Assembly: GCA_038221665.1 (NCBI GenBank)
Contig: JBBRIC010000001.1
Location: forward strand, 620-64,619
Direction of reading: 5' to 3'
Length of the DNA stretch: 64,000 nucleotides
Source: Sphingomonadales bacterium
Lineage (GTDB): Bacteria; Pseudomonadota; Alphaproteobacteria; Sphingomonadales; Sphingomonadaceae
Below, in pieces: positions 17,960 to 29,141 of the stretch. The notes beneath the pieces are model-generated. The model had not been told where the DNA came from. It saw only the letters and a program-made list of their open reading frames with translations, and did no database searches. Both the position numbers and the translations under genes were made by a program. How positions within the stretch are numbered: the stretch's first letter is position 1; each line of letters begins with the position of its first letter.

Positions 17960-20495
17960 GATTCACCAACCGATCCGGCACCACGATGATCTTTTGCGGG
18001 GCCTTGCCAGCCAGCGCCCGCACGACCTTGTCCCGCATCAGCACCGCCGCTTCGATGGCGGCGCGGTCGGCCCCCTTGGCGGCTTCAAAACTGTCCTTCA
18101 GCTTGCCGTTGATCTGGATGGCGATGGTCACCATGTCATCCAGCAGCAGCAACGGGTCGGCGAGCGGCCAGCCGGCGTCGATGATCATGCCGGGCTGGCC
18201 AAGCGTCGCCCAGGCTTCTTCGGCCAGATGCGGCGTCATCGGCGCGATCAGGCGCAACAGGGTCGGGATGGCATCATCGCGGATGGTCGACGGTTCAGCG
18301 CGTTCGATAGCGCTGACCAGCTCATACAGGCGCGCGACCGCCTTGTTGAACTGCAGCCGGTCCAGGTCGGCGGTAATCGCAGCGATGCAGCGATGGACGA
18401 TGCGGGCGAGCTTCAGGTCCTCACCCCTGCCGATACCGATGCCGATACCGATAATAGGCCGCGGCTCGCTCGCCAGACGCCAGACACGCTGCACAAAACG
18501 CGCGGCACCTTCGATCCCGGCGTCCGACCAGGCAAGATCGCGCTCCGGCGGCGAATCCGACAGCACGAACCAGCGCACCGCATCGGCGCCATATTTAACG
18601 AGGATCGTGTCGGGATCGACGGTGTTTCGCTTTGACTTCGACATTTTGATGATTCGGCCGACGGCAACGCCAAGGCCGTCGGCCTTCAGCGTGGCGCCGC
18701 TGCCATCGCGGTCGATTTCGTCGGGGCTGAAATAGCGCGTTGCAACCCCTTCGCCGCCGTCGCGGGAATAGGTTTCGTGCGTCACCATGCCTTGGGTGAA
18801 CAGGCCGGCAAACGGCTCGGTCACGCCAAGCCGGCCGATCCGGTTGAGCGCCAGCGTCCAGAACCGCGCATACAGCAGATGCAAGATGGCGTGTTCGACG
18901 CCGCCGATATATTGCCCGACCGGTAGCCATTGTTCAGCAACAGCGCGATCAAAAGGTTGATCGACGGGCGCGCTGGCAAAACGAATGAAATACCAGGACG
19001 AATTGACGAACGTGTCGAGCGTGTCGGTATCGCGCAGCGCCGGCTTGCCACAGGCCGGGCAGGCGACATGTTTCCAGGTCGGATGATGGGCGAGCGGACT
19101 GCCGGGGATATCAAAGCTGACGTCTTCGGGCAGGATGACCGGCAGCTCGTCGCGCGGTACCGGCACGGCGCCACAGGCATTACAATGGATGATCGGGATC
19201 GGCGTCCCCCAATAGCGTTGCCGCGATACGCCCCAGTCGCGCAGCCGCCAGACGATGGTGCCTTCACCCCAGCCGGCTGATTCGGCTCGGGCAATCACCG
19301 TCGCTTTCGCCGCGTCCACATCGAGACCGTCGAGGAAGCCCGAATGCACCAGCCGGCCGGGCCCCGTATAGGCGGTATCGGTGATCGCTGTTTCGGCCTC
19401 GCCTTCGGGTGCAACGACGCGTGTTACAGGCAATTGATATTTGCGGGCAAAATCAAGGTCGCGCTGGTCGTGCGCCGGGCAACCGAAAATCGCCCCGGTG
19501 CCATAATCCATCAGCACGAAATTGGCGACAAACAGCGGCAGGCGGATGCTGTCGTCAAGCGGGTGGATGACGCAAAGGCCGGTATCATAACCTTTTTTGT
19601 CCTGCCCCTCGATGTCCGCGGTGGCGGTGCCGCCGGCGCGGCATTCGGCGATGAAGGCGGCCAGGCCCGGGCTGGATTCGGCGAGCGCGCGGGCAATCGG
19701 ATGCTCGGGGGCCAGCGCTGCAAAGCTGGCGCCAAACAGCGTATCGGGGCGCGTCGTGAAGACATCGAAACTGCTGTCGCTGTCGGCGACAGCAAAGCTG
19801 AAGCGCAGCCCTTGCGACCTGCCGATCCAGTTTTCCTGCATCAGCCGCACCTTGTCGGGCCAATCGTCCAGGGTTTGCAGCCCGGCGAGCAGGTCGTCGG
19901 CAAAATCGGTGATCCGCATGAACCATTGGTTCAAACGCCGCCGCTCGACGATGGCGCCCGAACGCCAGCCACGGCCATCGATGACCTGTTCATTGGCCAG
20001 CACAGTCATGTCGACCGGGTCCCAGTTTACCGCCGAATCCTTGCGATAGACGAGGCCAGCCGCCAGCAGATCGAGGAACAGCGCCTGTTCATGGCCATAA
20101 TATTCAGGCTCGCAGGTCGAAAGTTCGCGGCCCCAGTCAAAGGCAAAACCCAGCCGCTTCAGCTGCGCCCGCATCGCCGCGATATTATCGCGGGTCCAGT
20201 TGCCGGGATGCACACCGCGTTCGATGGCGGCATTTTCGGCCGGCATGCCGAACGAATCCCAGCCCATCGGGTGCAGCACTTCAAAACCCTGGGCCCGCCG
20301 GGTGCGCGCCAGGCAATCGCCCATCGTATAGTTGCGGACATGGCCCATATGAATGCGCCCCGACGGATAGGGGAACATCTCCAGCACATAGGTCCGGGGG
20401 CGCGGGCTATGGTCATCGGCGGCAAAACTGCCGGCCGCCGCCCATGCCGATTGCCAGCGCGCCTCAGCCGCCTTGAAATCGAATTTGTCTGCCAT
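17949..20495 (-). CDS. leuS: Leucine--tRNA ligase
   Basis: [15 protein letters not shown] (HIGH region), KMSKSKRN (KMSKS), 848 aa. Confidence 0.97.
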   Translation of the reverse strand: MADKFDFKAAEARWQSAWAAAGSFAADDHSPRPRTYVLEMFPYPSGRIHMGHVRNYTMGDCLARTRRAQGFEVLHPMGWDSFGMPAENAAIERGVHPGNWTRDNIAAMRAQLKRLGFAFDWGRELSTCEPEYYGHEQALFLDLLAAGLVYRKDSAVNWDPVDMTVLANEQVIDGRGWRSGAIVERRRLNQWFMRITDFADDLLAGLQTLDDWPDKVRLMQENWIGRSQGLRFSFAVADSDSSFDVFTTRPDTLFGASFAALAPEHPIARALAESSPGLAAFIAECRAGGTATADIEGQDKKGYDTGLCVIHPLDDSIRLPLFVANFVLMDYGTGAIFGCPAHDQRDLDFARKYQLPVTRVVAPEGEAETAITDTAYTGPGRLVHSGFLDGLDVDAAKATVIARAESAGWGEGTIVWRLRDWGVSRQRYWGTPIPIIHCNACGAVPVPRDELPVILPEDVSFDIPGSPLAHHPTWKHVACPACGKPALRDTDTLDTFVNSSWYFIRFASAPVDQPFDRAVAEQWLPVGQYIGGVEHAILHLLYARFWTLALNRIGRLGVTEPFAGLFTQGMVTHETYSRDGGEGVATRYFSPDEIDRDGSGATLKADGLGVAVGRIIKMSKSKRNTVDPDTILVKYGADAVRWFVLSDSPPERDLAWSDAGIEGAARFVQRVWRLASEPRPIIGIGIGIGRGEDLKLARIVHRCIAAITADLDRLQFNKAVARLYELVSAIERAEPSTIRDDAIPTLLRLIAPMTPHLAEEAWATLGQPGMIIDAGWPLADPLLLLDDMVTIAIQINGKLKDSFEAAKGADRAAIEAAVLMRDKVVRALAGKAPQKIIVVPDRLVNLVA

Positions 20496-20506
20496 GGCGC
20501 CGGGTA

Positions 20507-20944
20507 TCAGCCCTGATATTGGGCGCGCCGCAGATCGCGGGCGCGGCTGAGGATGGTTTCCTCCAGTTTCTGGACGGTTCCGGCGCGCACCGGCGCATCC
20601 ACCCAGCCGCTGCCGGCGAGCTGCTGGCGGATCGCGGTGACCTTGACGGCATCGGCACGCAATTCGGTATCGAGGATGGCGATGGTCACCTTCACCCGTT
20701 CATTGGGGTTTTGCGGCGTGGCATACCAATCGGTGATGATGACGCCGCCGTTGGAATCGACCTGGGCCAGCGGCATGAAGCCGATCGTATCAAGCGCGGC
20801 GCGCCACAGATAGGCATTGATGCCGATGGTCGTCAGCCGCGCCGGTGCCTCGATACTGCCCGGGCGCGGCTTGTTCTTTTTGCCGCAGGCGGCCAGCGGT
20901 GACAGCAAGGCCAACCCGATCATGACGATGGCAACACGACGCAT
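20507..20944 (-). CDS. DUF3576 domain lipoprotein
   Basis: Lipobox LSPLAACG, plus [35 protein letters not shown] 20944 is preferred over 21016. Confidence 0.8.
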   Translation of the reverse strand: MRRVAIVMIGLALLSPLAACGKKNKPRPGSIEAPARLTTIGINAYLWRAALDTIGFMPLAQVDSNGGVIITDWYATPQNPNERVKVTIAILDTELRADAVKVTAIRQQLAGSGWVDAPVRAGTVQKLEETILSRARDLRRAQYQG

Positions 20945-21225
20945 GGTAAACCCTTTATGGCAAGCAATGGCGCGCTTATAGGCGCGCCCGACGCACCGCG
21001 CCAACCCCAAGCCCAAGGCACTGGAGCAGCGCAGGCCCCGACAGCCGAGTCGGGCGCAATCGGCAAGAATTCGTCCTGCGCTGTGTCACAAACCTGCAAA
21101 GAATCAGAGGCCTGATCGCAAATATTGTGGATTCAAAAGCACAGTTTGCCTGAAACAAGGCAATTATGCGGCCAAATGACCGTTAGACATTGTGCGGATC
21201 GAATGACCGCTGATAGGACCAGAGG

Positions 21226-22017
21226 ATGAATGGGGCAGCCGATTCGAACGAGGCACCGACCGTTGCTGTGGCGATGGGCAGCGGCGTGCGTTCAGCGTTT
21301 GCCACGCGGCTGATCGCGCTGGTTGCCGCGCTGGCGCTCGCTGCAACGCCGGCACTGGCAGCGAAACCGCCAACGCTTGCCAAACCGGCCGCCAAGCAGC
21401 GTTTCAGTTTCGACACGCCGATCGTGCCGTTTCAGCCGCCGGTTTCCGATTTGAGCAAGTTCGGCTTTACAGCGTCGGGCAACCCCGCGACGGCGGCACG
21501 GCTGCAGTCCGTTGAACACGCCTTTCGGTTCACGCCATCGGGTCAGATCGACAATCACAAATCCCTGTCGCTCGGGGTCAACACCCGCGTCATCGCGGCC
21601 GCCAATGATAAATCACGCGCGGCCATGTCTGTTGAACAATTGTCGGTGCTGCCCACCACCTATGACGTCGGCCTGTCGGTCGATTGGAAGGGTTTTGGCG
21701 TCAACACCGCCTTCCGGCACTTTGAACCGGGCGTGACGGCGCTGACCAGCAGCCGCAAGGATGCGATGGACATCGGTGTCAGCTATCGCGGTCGTAACTG
21801 GAAGACGAGCCTCCAGGGCACGGCCGAAAAGGGCTCGACCTTGTTTCTGTCACCGCTGGAGCGTTACTCGGTCGAACTTGGCGGCGCCTATCTGATCCGG
21901 CCGCGCCTGTCGGTCAGCGGCGGCGTGCGCTATCGTCTGGCGCCATTGGCGCCATCGATTCTTGATGATGATCGCGCCGATCAATCGGTCTATCTCGGCA
22001 CCAATATTGCATTTTGA
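21226..22017 (+). CDS. Putative outer-membrane beta-barrel protein
   Basis: Signal peptide ...ALAATPALAA, alternating beta-strand pattern, C-terminal ...YLGTNIAF. Start uncertain (21226 or 21274). Confidence 0.6.
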   Translation: MNGAADSNEAPTVAVAMGSGVRSAFATRLIALVAALALAATPALAAKPPTLAKPAAKQRFSFDTPIVPFQPPVSDLSKFGFTASGNPATAARLQSVEHAFRFTPSGQIDNHKSLSLGVNTRVIAAANDKSRAAMSVEQLSVLPTTYDVGLSVDWKGFGVNTAFRHFEPGVTALTSSRKDAMDIGVSYRGRNWKTSLQGTAEKGSTLFLSPLERYSVELGGAYLIRPRLSVSGGVRYRLAPLAPSILDDDRADQSVYLGTNIAF

Positions 22018-22033
22018 CGCGCCTGATCCGGCG

Positions 22034-22711
22034 TTGCAGTCCGGATCCGATCATTTTGAAGCCGCAAGCCGGTTGGCCGGTATAAATGCCGATATCGCCC
22101 GTGCCGCCCGGCTGGCTGGCCGGTCCCCCGACTCCATCGCCCTGATTGCCATCAGCAAGACCTTTGGCGCCGATGCCATCGCGCCGTTGATCGCTGCGGG
22201 CCAGCGCGCCTTTGGCGAAAACCGGGTCGCCGAAGCCGAGGCGAAATGGCCGGCACTGCGCGCTGTTACGCCCGATATCCGCCTGCACCTTGTCGGCCAG
22301 CTGCAATCCAACAAGGCCGCCGATGCTGTCGCCCTGTTCGATGTCATCCATAGCGTGGATCGGCCATCGCTGATCACTGCGCTGGGCAAGGCGATGGCGA
22401 ACTCAGGCCGGTCGATCGATTGCTTCCTCCAGGTCAATATCGGCAATGAAGCACAAAAGGGCGGCTGTGCAATCGCCGCCGTTCCTGACCTGCTGGCAAT
22501 GGCAAAAGCTGCGCAACTGTCGGTCGTCGGCTTGATGGGCGTGCCGCCTGCCGGCGTCGAAGCGGCGCCCTATTTTGGCTTGCTGGCAAAACTGGCCGCC
22601 GAACAGGGGTTGCGGCGGATCAGCATGGGCATGTCGGCTGATTTTGAAACTGCCGTGATGTTGGGGGCAACCGATGTCCGCATCGGCAGCGCCTTATTCG
22701 GCAGCCGCTGA
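22034..22711 (+). CDS. yggS: YggS family pyridoxal-phosphate homeostasis protein
   Basis: [21 protein letters not shown] and [11 protein letters not shown] motifs. Start uncertain: TTG 22034 is chosen to avoid overlap with the upstream gene, while the ORF itself opens at 21962. Confidence 0.85.
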   Translation: MQSGSDHFEAASRLAGINADIARAARLAGRSPDSIALIAISKTFGADAIAPLIAAGQRAFGENRVAEAEAKWPALRAVTPDIRLHLVGQLQSNKAADAVALFDVIHSVDRPSLITALGKAMANSGRSIDCFLQVNIGNEAQKGGCAIAAVPDLLAMAKAAQLSVVGLMGVPPAGVEAAPYFGLLAKLAAEQGLRRISMGMSADFETAVMLGATDVRIGSALFGSR

Positions 22712-23908
22712 ATCGGCCGTCAGTTCGTGCAAAGCCGGCACCGGGTTGGCAAACACCCCGATCAGTACCCGGTCGTAAATCTCGACCAGCATTTGAAGGT
22801 CGGCCACGGCAATATGTTCATCGACCTTGTGCATCGAAGCACCGGGCAAGCCAAATTCCACCACCGGGCACAGCCGCCGGATGAAGCGCGCGTCCGAGGT
22901 GCCGCCGCTGGTTGAAAGTTCGGGCTGCAGCCCGGTGACATCGGCGATGGCGGCGCTCACCAGGTCGGACAAGGGACCCGGCCGGGTGATAAAAGCCTCC
23001 CCCGAAATCCTTGTAACGATATCGGCCGCTGGCGCATGGACTGCGACCACCGCGTGGATCCAGGCGACCAGATCGGCACCCGAATGCTGGTCGTTGAAAC
23101 GGATATTGAGGCGCGCAGAAGCCTCGGCCGGGATGACATTGGTTGCAGGATTGCCGACCTGGATATCGGTGATTTCGAGATTTGAGGGCTGGAACCAGTC
23201 ATTGCCCGCATCGAGCCGGCGGCTTTTCAGATCGGTCAGCAGCGCCAGCAGGCGTGTCACCGGATTGTCGGCGCGCTGCGGATAGGCGACATGGCCCTGC
23301 GCGCCCTTGACGGTGATCCAGGCATTCAGCGAGCCGCGCCGGCCGATCTTGATGACATCGCCCAGACGCTCGGCCGATGTCGGTTCCCCGACGAGGCAGT
23401 TATCCGGCACCAGATCATGCGCCTCCAGCCATTCCAGCATCGGCGCGGTGCCATGGGTGGCGGGGCCTTCCTCATCGCCGGTGATGATCAGCGTCAGCCG
23501 GCCGGGCAGCCGGCGCGCGACATGACGCGCGACATGACGCTCTGCCGCAACGACAAAGGCGGCGATGGCGCCCTTCATGTCGGCGGCACCGCGCCCGACC
23601 AGTTGGCCATCGGCGATGATGGCGGCAAAGGGATCAACGCTCCAGCCAGCCAGATCGCCGACGGGGACCACATCGGTATGCCCGGCAAAGCCGAAATGCG
23701 GCTGCCCGCTGCCGATCGTTGCCACCAGATTGTCGATGGGGCCATCGGGCGCTGCCCCAAAGCGCAAAGGGTGCAGCGTGAAACCAATGGCCGCCAAGGC
23801 CGCAGCGAGCACCGATTGGGCACCGGCGTCGGCGGGCGTCACACTGGCGCAGCGGATCAAATCCTGCGCCAGCGTCAAGGCACTGCACGCAGTAACCGGA
23901 GCCGACAT
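22694..23908 (-). CDS. dapE: Succinyl-diaminopimelate desuccinylase
   Basis: M20 motifs [12 protein letters not shown] and [21 protein letters not shown] near the C-terminus. Confidence 0.9.
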   Translation of the reverse strand: MSAPVTACSALTLAQDLIRCASVTPADAGAQSVLAAALAAIGFTLHPLRFGAAPDGPIDNLVATIGSGQPHFGFAGHTDVVPVGDLAGWSVDPFAAIIADGQLVGRGAADMKGAIAAFVVAAERHVARHVARRLPGRLTLIITGDEEGPATHGTAPMLEWLEAHDLVPDNCLVGEPTSAERLGDVIKIGRRGSLNAWITVKGAQGHVAYPQRADNPVTRLLALLTDLKSRRLDAGNDWFQPSNLEITDIQVGNPATNVIPAEASARLNIRFNDQHSGADLVAWIHAVVAVHAPAADIVTRISGEAFITRPGPLSDLVSAAIADVTGLQPELSTSGGTSDARFIRRLCPVVEFGLPGASMHKVDEHIAVADLQMLVEIYDRVLIGVFANPVPALHELTADSAAAE

Positions 23909-23909
23909 T

Positions 23910-25541
23910 TTATGGCACCTTGCCGCGCACCGCCTTTATTGCGGTCGGGGCAAATGTCGCGCCGAAATAATCGCCGGCATACCAGCGCGGGCGTTCGGTG
24001 GCATCGGCAAGTTCGCGGGCAATCTGGTAATTCACCTCGGCATAATGCGCGCCGGCCTGCCAGTTGATCGGCAATGACAGGTCATCGCTGGGCTGGTGAT
24101 AATTGGTGGCGAGATAATGTTCCCAGGCCGCCTTGCCGCCATTGGCAAAGCCCGTGGCCAGCAAAAGCGCCGGCACGCCGCGCTTGACGAACGTATAATG
24201 ATCCGAGCGGACAAAGATCGTTTCGGCGGGCATCGGATCGGGCGACAGGGCAACGCCGACCTTGGCTACCGCGCGAGCAATGGCGACCCCCATCGTTGAA
24301 TGGTCGCCGCCAAAGGCGATCACGTCGGTGAAATCATAGAGCAGCAGCGGCTGATCGAGATCGACGACGCTGGTGATCTGGCTGATGGGCACTGGCGGAT
24401 CATTGGCAAAGGCTTCGGCGCCCAACAGGCCTTTTTCCTCGGCGGTGTTGACGACGAACAACAGGCTGCGCTTTGGCGGTGTCGCATCAGTGGCAAAGGC
24501 GCGCGCCACCTCCATCAAAATCGCCACACCAGCGGCATTGTCGAGCGCGCCATTATAGATGTTGTCCCCCTCGCGCTCGGGCCGGATGCCGAGATGATCG
24601 AGGTGCGCCATCAAAACGACGGTCTCGTTTTTCAGAACCGGGTCACTGCCCTCGATCCTCCCGACGATTTCGGCGCTTTCGACCTTGCGTGTGGTCGATT
24701 TGGCCGTGATGCGCACGCTTGTCGCCAGCGGAAAGCCCTTTGGCTTGCCACCAGCCTTGTCGGCTTCTGCCAGCACCGCCGGCAGCGCAACCTTTGCGCC
24801 GGCGAACAGCGCGGCGGCGGCGGGCAGGCTGAGCAAGGCGCCGGCGCGGATGCCGGGCGCTGCGACAAAGGGCGTGCCATCGGGGCGCACCCAGGTCATG
24901 CGCGGCACGCTCGCGGTCTGGCGCAGGCGATCCCAGGGCCGCAACTGCATCGATTGCGTGGTTGGCAGGGTGATGATCCCGATGGCGCCCCGCGCCGCCG
25001 CCATCTGCGGTTTCTGGGTGCCAAGATGCGCCAGAACTTCATCGGGGGCGCCCTTGGGGATGCCGGTCAGCACGGCAACGATCTTGCCGCGCACATCGAC
25101 GCCGGCATAGTCATTGAACCCCTGTTTGGGCGCGTCGATGCCAAAGCCGACAAAGACCACAGGGGCCGCGACATCGGTCACGGCATCGGTCTGGCTCGGC
25201 CCGACGATCACGTCCTCGCCATGCGCGAATTGCGTGGTGCCGGCCTTGGTCGTCACCGCCACGCCGACCGTATCGGGAACCAGACCGGCCTCGGACAAGA
25301 TGACCGGCTGGAACCAGCTTGCGCCCTTGCCGGCCGGTGTCAGCCCGAAGGCGGCAAATTGTGACGCGACATAGCGCGCCCCGATATCAAAGCCGCGGGT
25401 GCCGGTGCCCCGGCCTTCCAGCAGATCATCGGCCAGAAACGCCACATGCGCCTTAACGCGATCGGCCGAAAATCGCGGCAAGGTGGCGGCGATGAGCACG
25501 GGCGCCAGCGCCAGAATTACCGCGGGCAATAACTTCTGCAT
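23910..25541 (-). CDS. Secreted M28 family aminopeptidase with a PA domain
   Basis: Signal peptide, plus [25 protein letters not shown] and SDHYTF motifs. Confidence 0.85.
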   Translation of the reverse strand: MQKLLPAVILALAPVLIAATLPRFSADRVKAHVAFLADDLLEGRGTGTRGFDIGARYVASQFAAFGLTPAGKGASWFQPVILSEAGLVPDTVGVAVTTKAGTTQFAHGEDVIVGPSQTDAVTDVAAPVVFVGFGIDAPKQGFNDYAGVDVRGKIVAVLTGIPKGAPDEVLAHLGTQKPQMAAARGAIGIITLPTTQSMQLRPWDRLRQTASVPRMTWVRPDGTPFVAAPGIRAGALLSLPAAAALFAGAKVALPAVLAEADKAGGKPKGFPLATSVRITAKSTTRKVESAEIVGRIEGSDPVLKNETVVLMAHLDHLGIRPEREGDNIYNGALDNAAGVAILMEVARAFATDATPPKRSLLFVVNTAEEKGLLGAEAFANDPPVPISQITSVVDLDQPLLLYDFTDVIAFGGDHSTMGVAIARAVAKVGVALSPDPMPAETIFVRSDHYTFVKRGVPALLLATGFANGGKAAWEHYLATNYHQPSDDLSLPINWQAGAHYAEVNYQIARELADATERPRWYAGDYFGATFAPTAIKAVRGKVP

Positions 25542-25565
25542 CAGATTCTCCGAAAAAATGCGCCC

Positions 25566-26264
25566 TCAGGCCGGAATGCCGCCGGCGATGGGGTAACGAT
25601 CAAAGGCATAGCTTTCGGCGCGCGCATCAGCGGCCCATTCCGCCATCCAGGGATGCGCCAGCATGGCATCGACATAGGCCATGGCCGTCGCCGACACCGG
25701 CAGTTGATAGCCGGCAATCCGGAACACCACCGGCGCGAACATAATATCGGCGGCGCCCAATGGCCCGAACAGATACGGCAGATCGGTGTCGCTGCCATAA
25801 AGCCGGCGCGCTTCCGACCACAGCGCATCGATGCGTTCGACATCCGCCACGACATCGGCATTTGCCGTGAAATTGGGGAAATTTTCCTTCAAATTCATCG
25901 GGCAGCTGCTGCGCAATGGCGCAAACCCCGCGTGCATTTCAGCACCCATCGCATAGGCCAGCGCCCGCGCCGGCAATTCGCGCGGCCAGAACCGGTCATG
26001 GCCGCCCTTGTCAGAAAGCCACAGGATGATGGCGAGCGAATCCCAAACAGGTGTTCGCCCATCCCAAAGCACCGGCACCTTGCCCGATGGCATGTCACCC
26101 ATGGCCGTGCCCGATTGCCATTCCGGCGTATCCATAGGCACGACGTCGGTGGCAAAGGGCAGGCCCGATTGTTTTGCCGCCAGCCAGCCGCGCAAGGACC
26201 AGCTGGAATAGCTGCGGTTGCCGATGATGATCTTCAAGGCGCAAATCTCCGCAATGGGCGGCAT
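25566..26264 (-). CDS. Glutathione S-transferase family protein
   Basis: N-terminal thioredoxin-like LKIIIGNRSYSSWSLRGWL and a GST C-terminal helical region. ATG 26264 is preferred over 26381. Confidence 0.82.
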   Translation of the reverse strand: MPPIAEICALKIIIGNRSYSSWSLRGWLAAKQSGLPFATDVVPMDTPEWQSGTAMGDMPSGKVPVLWDGRTPVWDSLAIILWLSDKGGHDRFWPRELPARALAYAMGAEMHAGFAPLRSSCPMNLKENFPNFTANADVVADVERIDALWSEARRLYGSDTDLPYLFGPLGAADIMFAPVVFRIAGYQLPVSATAMAYVDAMLAHPWMAEWAADARAESYAFDRYPIAGGIPA

Positions 26265-26356
26265 TGGCTCTAGGCAGCATTGGCTGCGGCTGCAAGCCGG
26301 GGGCTGACGCGCCGCCGGAACTATGGCTATGACTGGAAAAAATGGGAGGACGCACG

Positions 26357-26734
26357 ATGCCGGTCGCAGCCTTGGGCGCATATGACGACAACAACATCTT
26401 TGCGCGGATCCTGCGCGACGAAATACCGTCCGCTCGCATTTATGAAGATGACTGGGCGATCGCCTTTCACGACATCAACCCACAGGCGCCGCAGCATATT
26501 CTTGTTATCCCGCGCGGGCGCTGGCGGAGCTGGGCGGATTTTTCGGCCCATGCCGGCGATAGTGAAATAGCCGGCTTTATCCGCGCCATCGGCACTGTGG
26601 CACGCGGCCTTGGCCTTGAAGAACCCGGCTATCGCCTGCTCGCCAATACCGGAATCGATGCCCATCAGGAGGTGCCGCACCTGCATGTGCATCTGTTTGG
26701 CGGCCGGCCGCTGGGGCCGATGCTGAGCCGCTGA
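26357..26734 (+). CDS. HIT family (histidine triad) protein
   Basis: HLHVHLFGG histidine triad. GGGAGGA lies 6 nt upstream of ATG 26357. Confidence 0.9.
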   Translation: MPVAALGAYDDNNIFARILRDEIPSARIYEDDWAIAFHDINPQAPQHILVIPRGRWRSWADFSAHAGDSEIAGFIRAIGTVARGLGLEEPGYRLLANTGIDAHQEVPHLHVHLFGGRPLGPMLSR

Positions 26735-26750
26735 CGCTTCGTGCCGAATA

Positions 26751-28301
26751 TCAGTTCAGCCGCGCCGCAAGCCAGGCGGCGGCCTGGCCCGGCGTCTGTT
26801 TGTCGGCGGAACGATCGACCTGCCAATTGGCCTCGCGCATGCGCTCAACGGGGATACGACCCTCCAGATCCTGCAATATCCTGGCAAGATCGGGCCGGCG
26901 CGGGCCGACCAGCAACAGCGCGTCATAGGCCGGCAGCGCAGCGCGCGGGTCTGTAAGCAGCAGCAGATCATCGGCGGCAATGCGGCCATCGGAGGAAAAC
27001 GCCGTGATGACATCGGCATCGCCGCCGGTCAGGGCGCGCACCATCAAAGTGGGCGTATAGGCGGTCAGGCGCTGGAATTTCAGGCCATAGCTCGCCTGTA
27101 ACGCCGTCCATTCGCTGCGTGATTGAAATTCGGTATCGGTGGCCAGCCGCAAATGCGCGCTGCTGACGGCAAGATCGGCGAGGCTTTCGATGCCCAGGCG
27201 TACCGCATCACGGCGGCGCATCGCCAGCGCATAGGCATTTTCAAAACCCAGCGCCGCCACGACGGTCACACCATGGCGCTGCGGCAGATCACGGCGCAGC
27301 GTCGCCAGCATTTCGGCGCGCGGCGCCGGCGTCGTCCGGCCGAGCGCGTTCGACCATAAGGTGCCCGAATAATCGACATAGACATCGATATCGCCAGCGG
27401 CCAGCGCCCGAAATGCCACCGCCGAGCCCAGCCCCGACCGGATAGTGACCGGAATACCCCTTGCCCGCAGCCGATCGGCGATCAATTCGGCAAGGATATA
27501 TTGTTCGGAAAATGACTTGGCCCCGACGATCACCGGGCGACCAACGCTTGTCGGCGCCCGCGCCGACCAATACCAGCCGACAACGCCGACAACCAGAACG
27601 ACCAGCATGGCGATGCCCGACAGCGCCTTGCCCCAGCGGCGTTCGCCGAGGCCGGTTTCGGACCGCCACAGCGCGATATCGACAATGATCGCCAGTGCAG
27701 CGGCGGCAAGGCAGCCGGTGATCACCAGCGCCCAGTCTTCGATCTGCAGACCTGCAAAAATCAGATCGCCAAGGCTTTTCTGGCCGACGGTCGTCGCAAG
27801 CGTTGCGGCACCGATCGTCCAGACCGCAGCAACCCGCAGCCCGCCCATGACGATGGGCGCCGCCATCGGCAATTCGACCTGCATCAACCGCTGCCGACGC
27901 GTCATGCCGATGCCATCGGCGGCATCGAGGGTTTCAGGCGGAATGCTGGCCAGCCCATCGGCACCACCGCGCAGCAGCGGCAACAAGGCGTAAAGCGACA
28001 GCGCCAGCAGCGACGGCAGCAACCCGAGCGCCGGCACGCCAAAGCCGGCCAGCCGTTGCGTCACCTCGCCAAGCGCCAGCAACAGCGGGTAGAACAGCGC
28101 CAGCAAGGCCAGCGCCGGGACGGTCTGGATGACGGCGGCAATCGCCAGCACCCAGCCGCGCAGCCTTGGCCGCCCGGCCATCACCAGCACCAAAGGCGCC
28201 GCTATGGCGATCGCCAGCCCCAAAGCGGCGGCGCTGACGCCCAGATGCGCCGCCAGCCGATCGGGCAGCATCGCCACGGCCCGCGACAATTGTTCGGTCA
28301 T
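26751..28301 (-). CDS. ABC transporter fused permease/substrate-binding protein, glycine betaine/choline (osmoprotectant) type
   Basis: N-terminal half has about 6 TM helices with an EAA-like loop (AADGIGMTRRQRLMQVELP). C-terminal half resembles a betaine-binding domain (IVGAKSFSEQYILAEL...). Confidence 0.82.
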   Translation of the reverse strand: MTEQLSRAVAMLPDRLAAHLGVSAAALGLAIAIAAPLVLVMAGRPRLRGWVLAIAAVIQTVPALALLALFYPLLLALGEVTQRLAGFGVPALGLLPSLLALSLYALLPLLRGGADGLASIPPETLDAADGIGMTRRQRLMQVELPMAAPIVMGGLRVAAVWTIGAATLATTVGQKSLGDLIFAGLQIEDWALVITGCLAAAALAIIVDIALWRSETGLGERRWGKALSGIAMLVVLVVGVVGWYWSARAPTSVGRPVIVGAKSFSEQYILAELIADRLRARGIPVTIRSGLGSAVAFRALAAGDIDVYVDYSGTLWSNALGRTTPAPRAEMLATLRRDLPQRHGVTVVAALGFENAYALAMRRRDAVRLGIESLADLAVSSAHLRLATDTEFQSRSEWTALQASYGLKFQRLTAYTPTLMVRALTGGDADVITAFSSDGRIAADDLLLLTDPRAALPAYDALLLVGPRRPDLARILQDLEGRIPVERMREANWQVDRSADKQTPGQAAAWLAARLN

Positions 28302-29074
28302 CCGACCAGTTCCGCAATGCGCCGGGCCTGATCGAGCGGCGAGGCGATCAACGCCATGACGGCTGGATGCGTGTTGCCGATCAACGCCGCCGGCGCTGCA
28401 TCCGCGACCACCCGGCCTTGATCAAGCACCACCACCCGTTCGGCGCGGGTCAGCGCGTCGGCCAGATCATGGGTGACCAGCAAGGTCGTAAAACCCTGCG
28501 CCCGGTGCAGCACGCCCAGCCGATCGGCAAGGCTGGCGCGGGTTTCGGGATCGAGCGCGCCAAAGGGTTCATCGAGCAGCAACAGCCGCGGCGATGCCGC
28601 AAGCGCCCGTGCCAGCCCGACACGGCTCGCCTGGCCGCCGGACAATTGGCGCGGCGCCCGGCCGCCAAAATCGCGCGGCAGTTCAACAAGATCGAGCAGT
28701 TCGGCAACGCGTTTGTCACGCAGCGCGCGGGGTTGGCCAAGCAGCCAGGGCACTGCAACAATGTTTTCAGCCACCGTCCAGTGCGGAAACAGGCCCACCC
28801 CCTGGCTGGCATAGCCGATGCCGCGCCGCAGCGTCACCGGATCGAGCGTCGCCACATCGACACCTTCGACCAGCACGCGCCCGGCATCGGCGGCAACCAG
28901 TCGATTGGCCAGCCGCAGCAATGTCGTCTTGCCTGCGCCCGACGCGCCGGTCAAAGCCACGAATGCCCCGGCCGGTATGGCGAGATCGACGTTGTCGATG
29001 ATGGTCACAGCGCCCCGGATGACGCTGACGCCGTCGAACGCGACCATCGTCGGAATTGTATCGGCCAGCGTCAT
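28298..29074 (-). CDS. ABC transporter ATP-binding protein
   Basis: Walker A GASGAGKTT, signature LSGGQASRV, Walker B LLLDEPFGALD. ATG 29074 is preferred (alternative 29047); the ORF-track start at 29365 is rejected. Confidence 0.9.
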   Translation of the reverse strand: MTLADTIPTMVAFDGVSVIRGAVTIIDNVDLAIPAGAFVALTGASGAGKTTLLRLANRLVAADAGRVLVEGVDVATLDPVTLRRGIGYASQGVGLFPHWTVAENIVAVPWLLGQPRALRDKRVAELLDLVELPRDFGGRAPRQLSGGQASRVGLARALAASPRLLLLDEPFGALDPETRASLADRLGVLHRAQGFTTLLVTHDLADALTRAERVVVLDQGRVVADAAPAALIGNTHPAVMALIASPLDQARRIAELVG

Positions 29075-29141
29075 TGCGCCTGTCTTGGCCGTATCGGCGC
29101 AGCGAGGCAAGCGCGGCGCAAGGGCGGGGGTCGGGCCGACC

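Noticed and set aside
4857-29141. The 24-kb block between corC and lnt as a horizontally acquired genomic island.
   Set aside because: The block has native-looking GC content and carries essential core genes (leuS, holA, lptE, dapE). There is no integrase and no flanking direct repeats. It is better explained as a rearrangement and is kept only as a low-interest synteny note.
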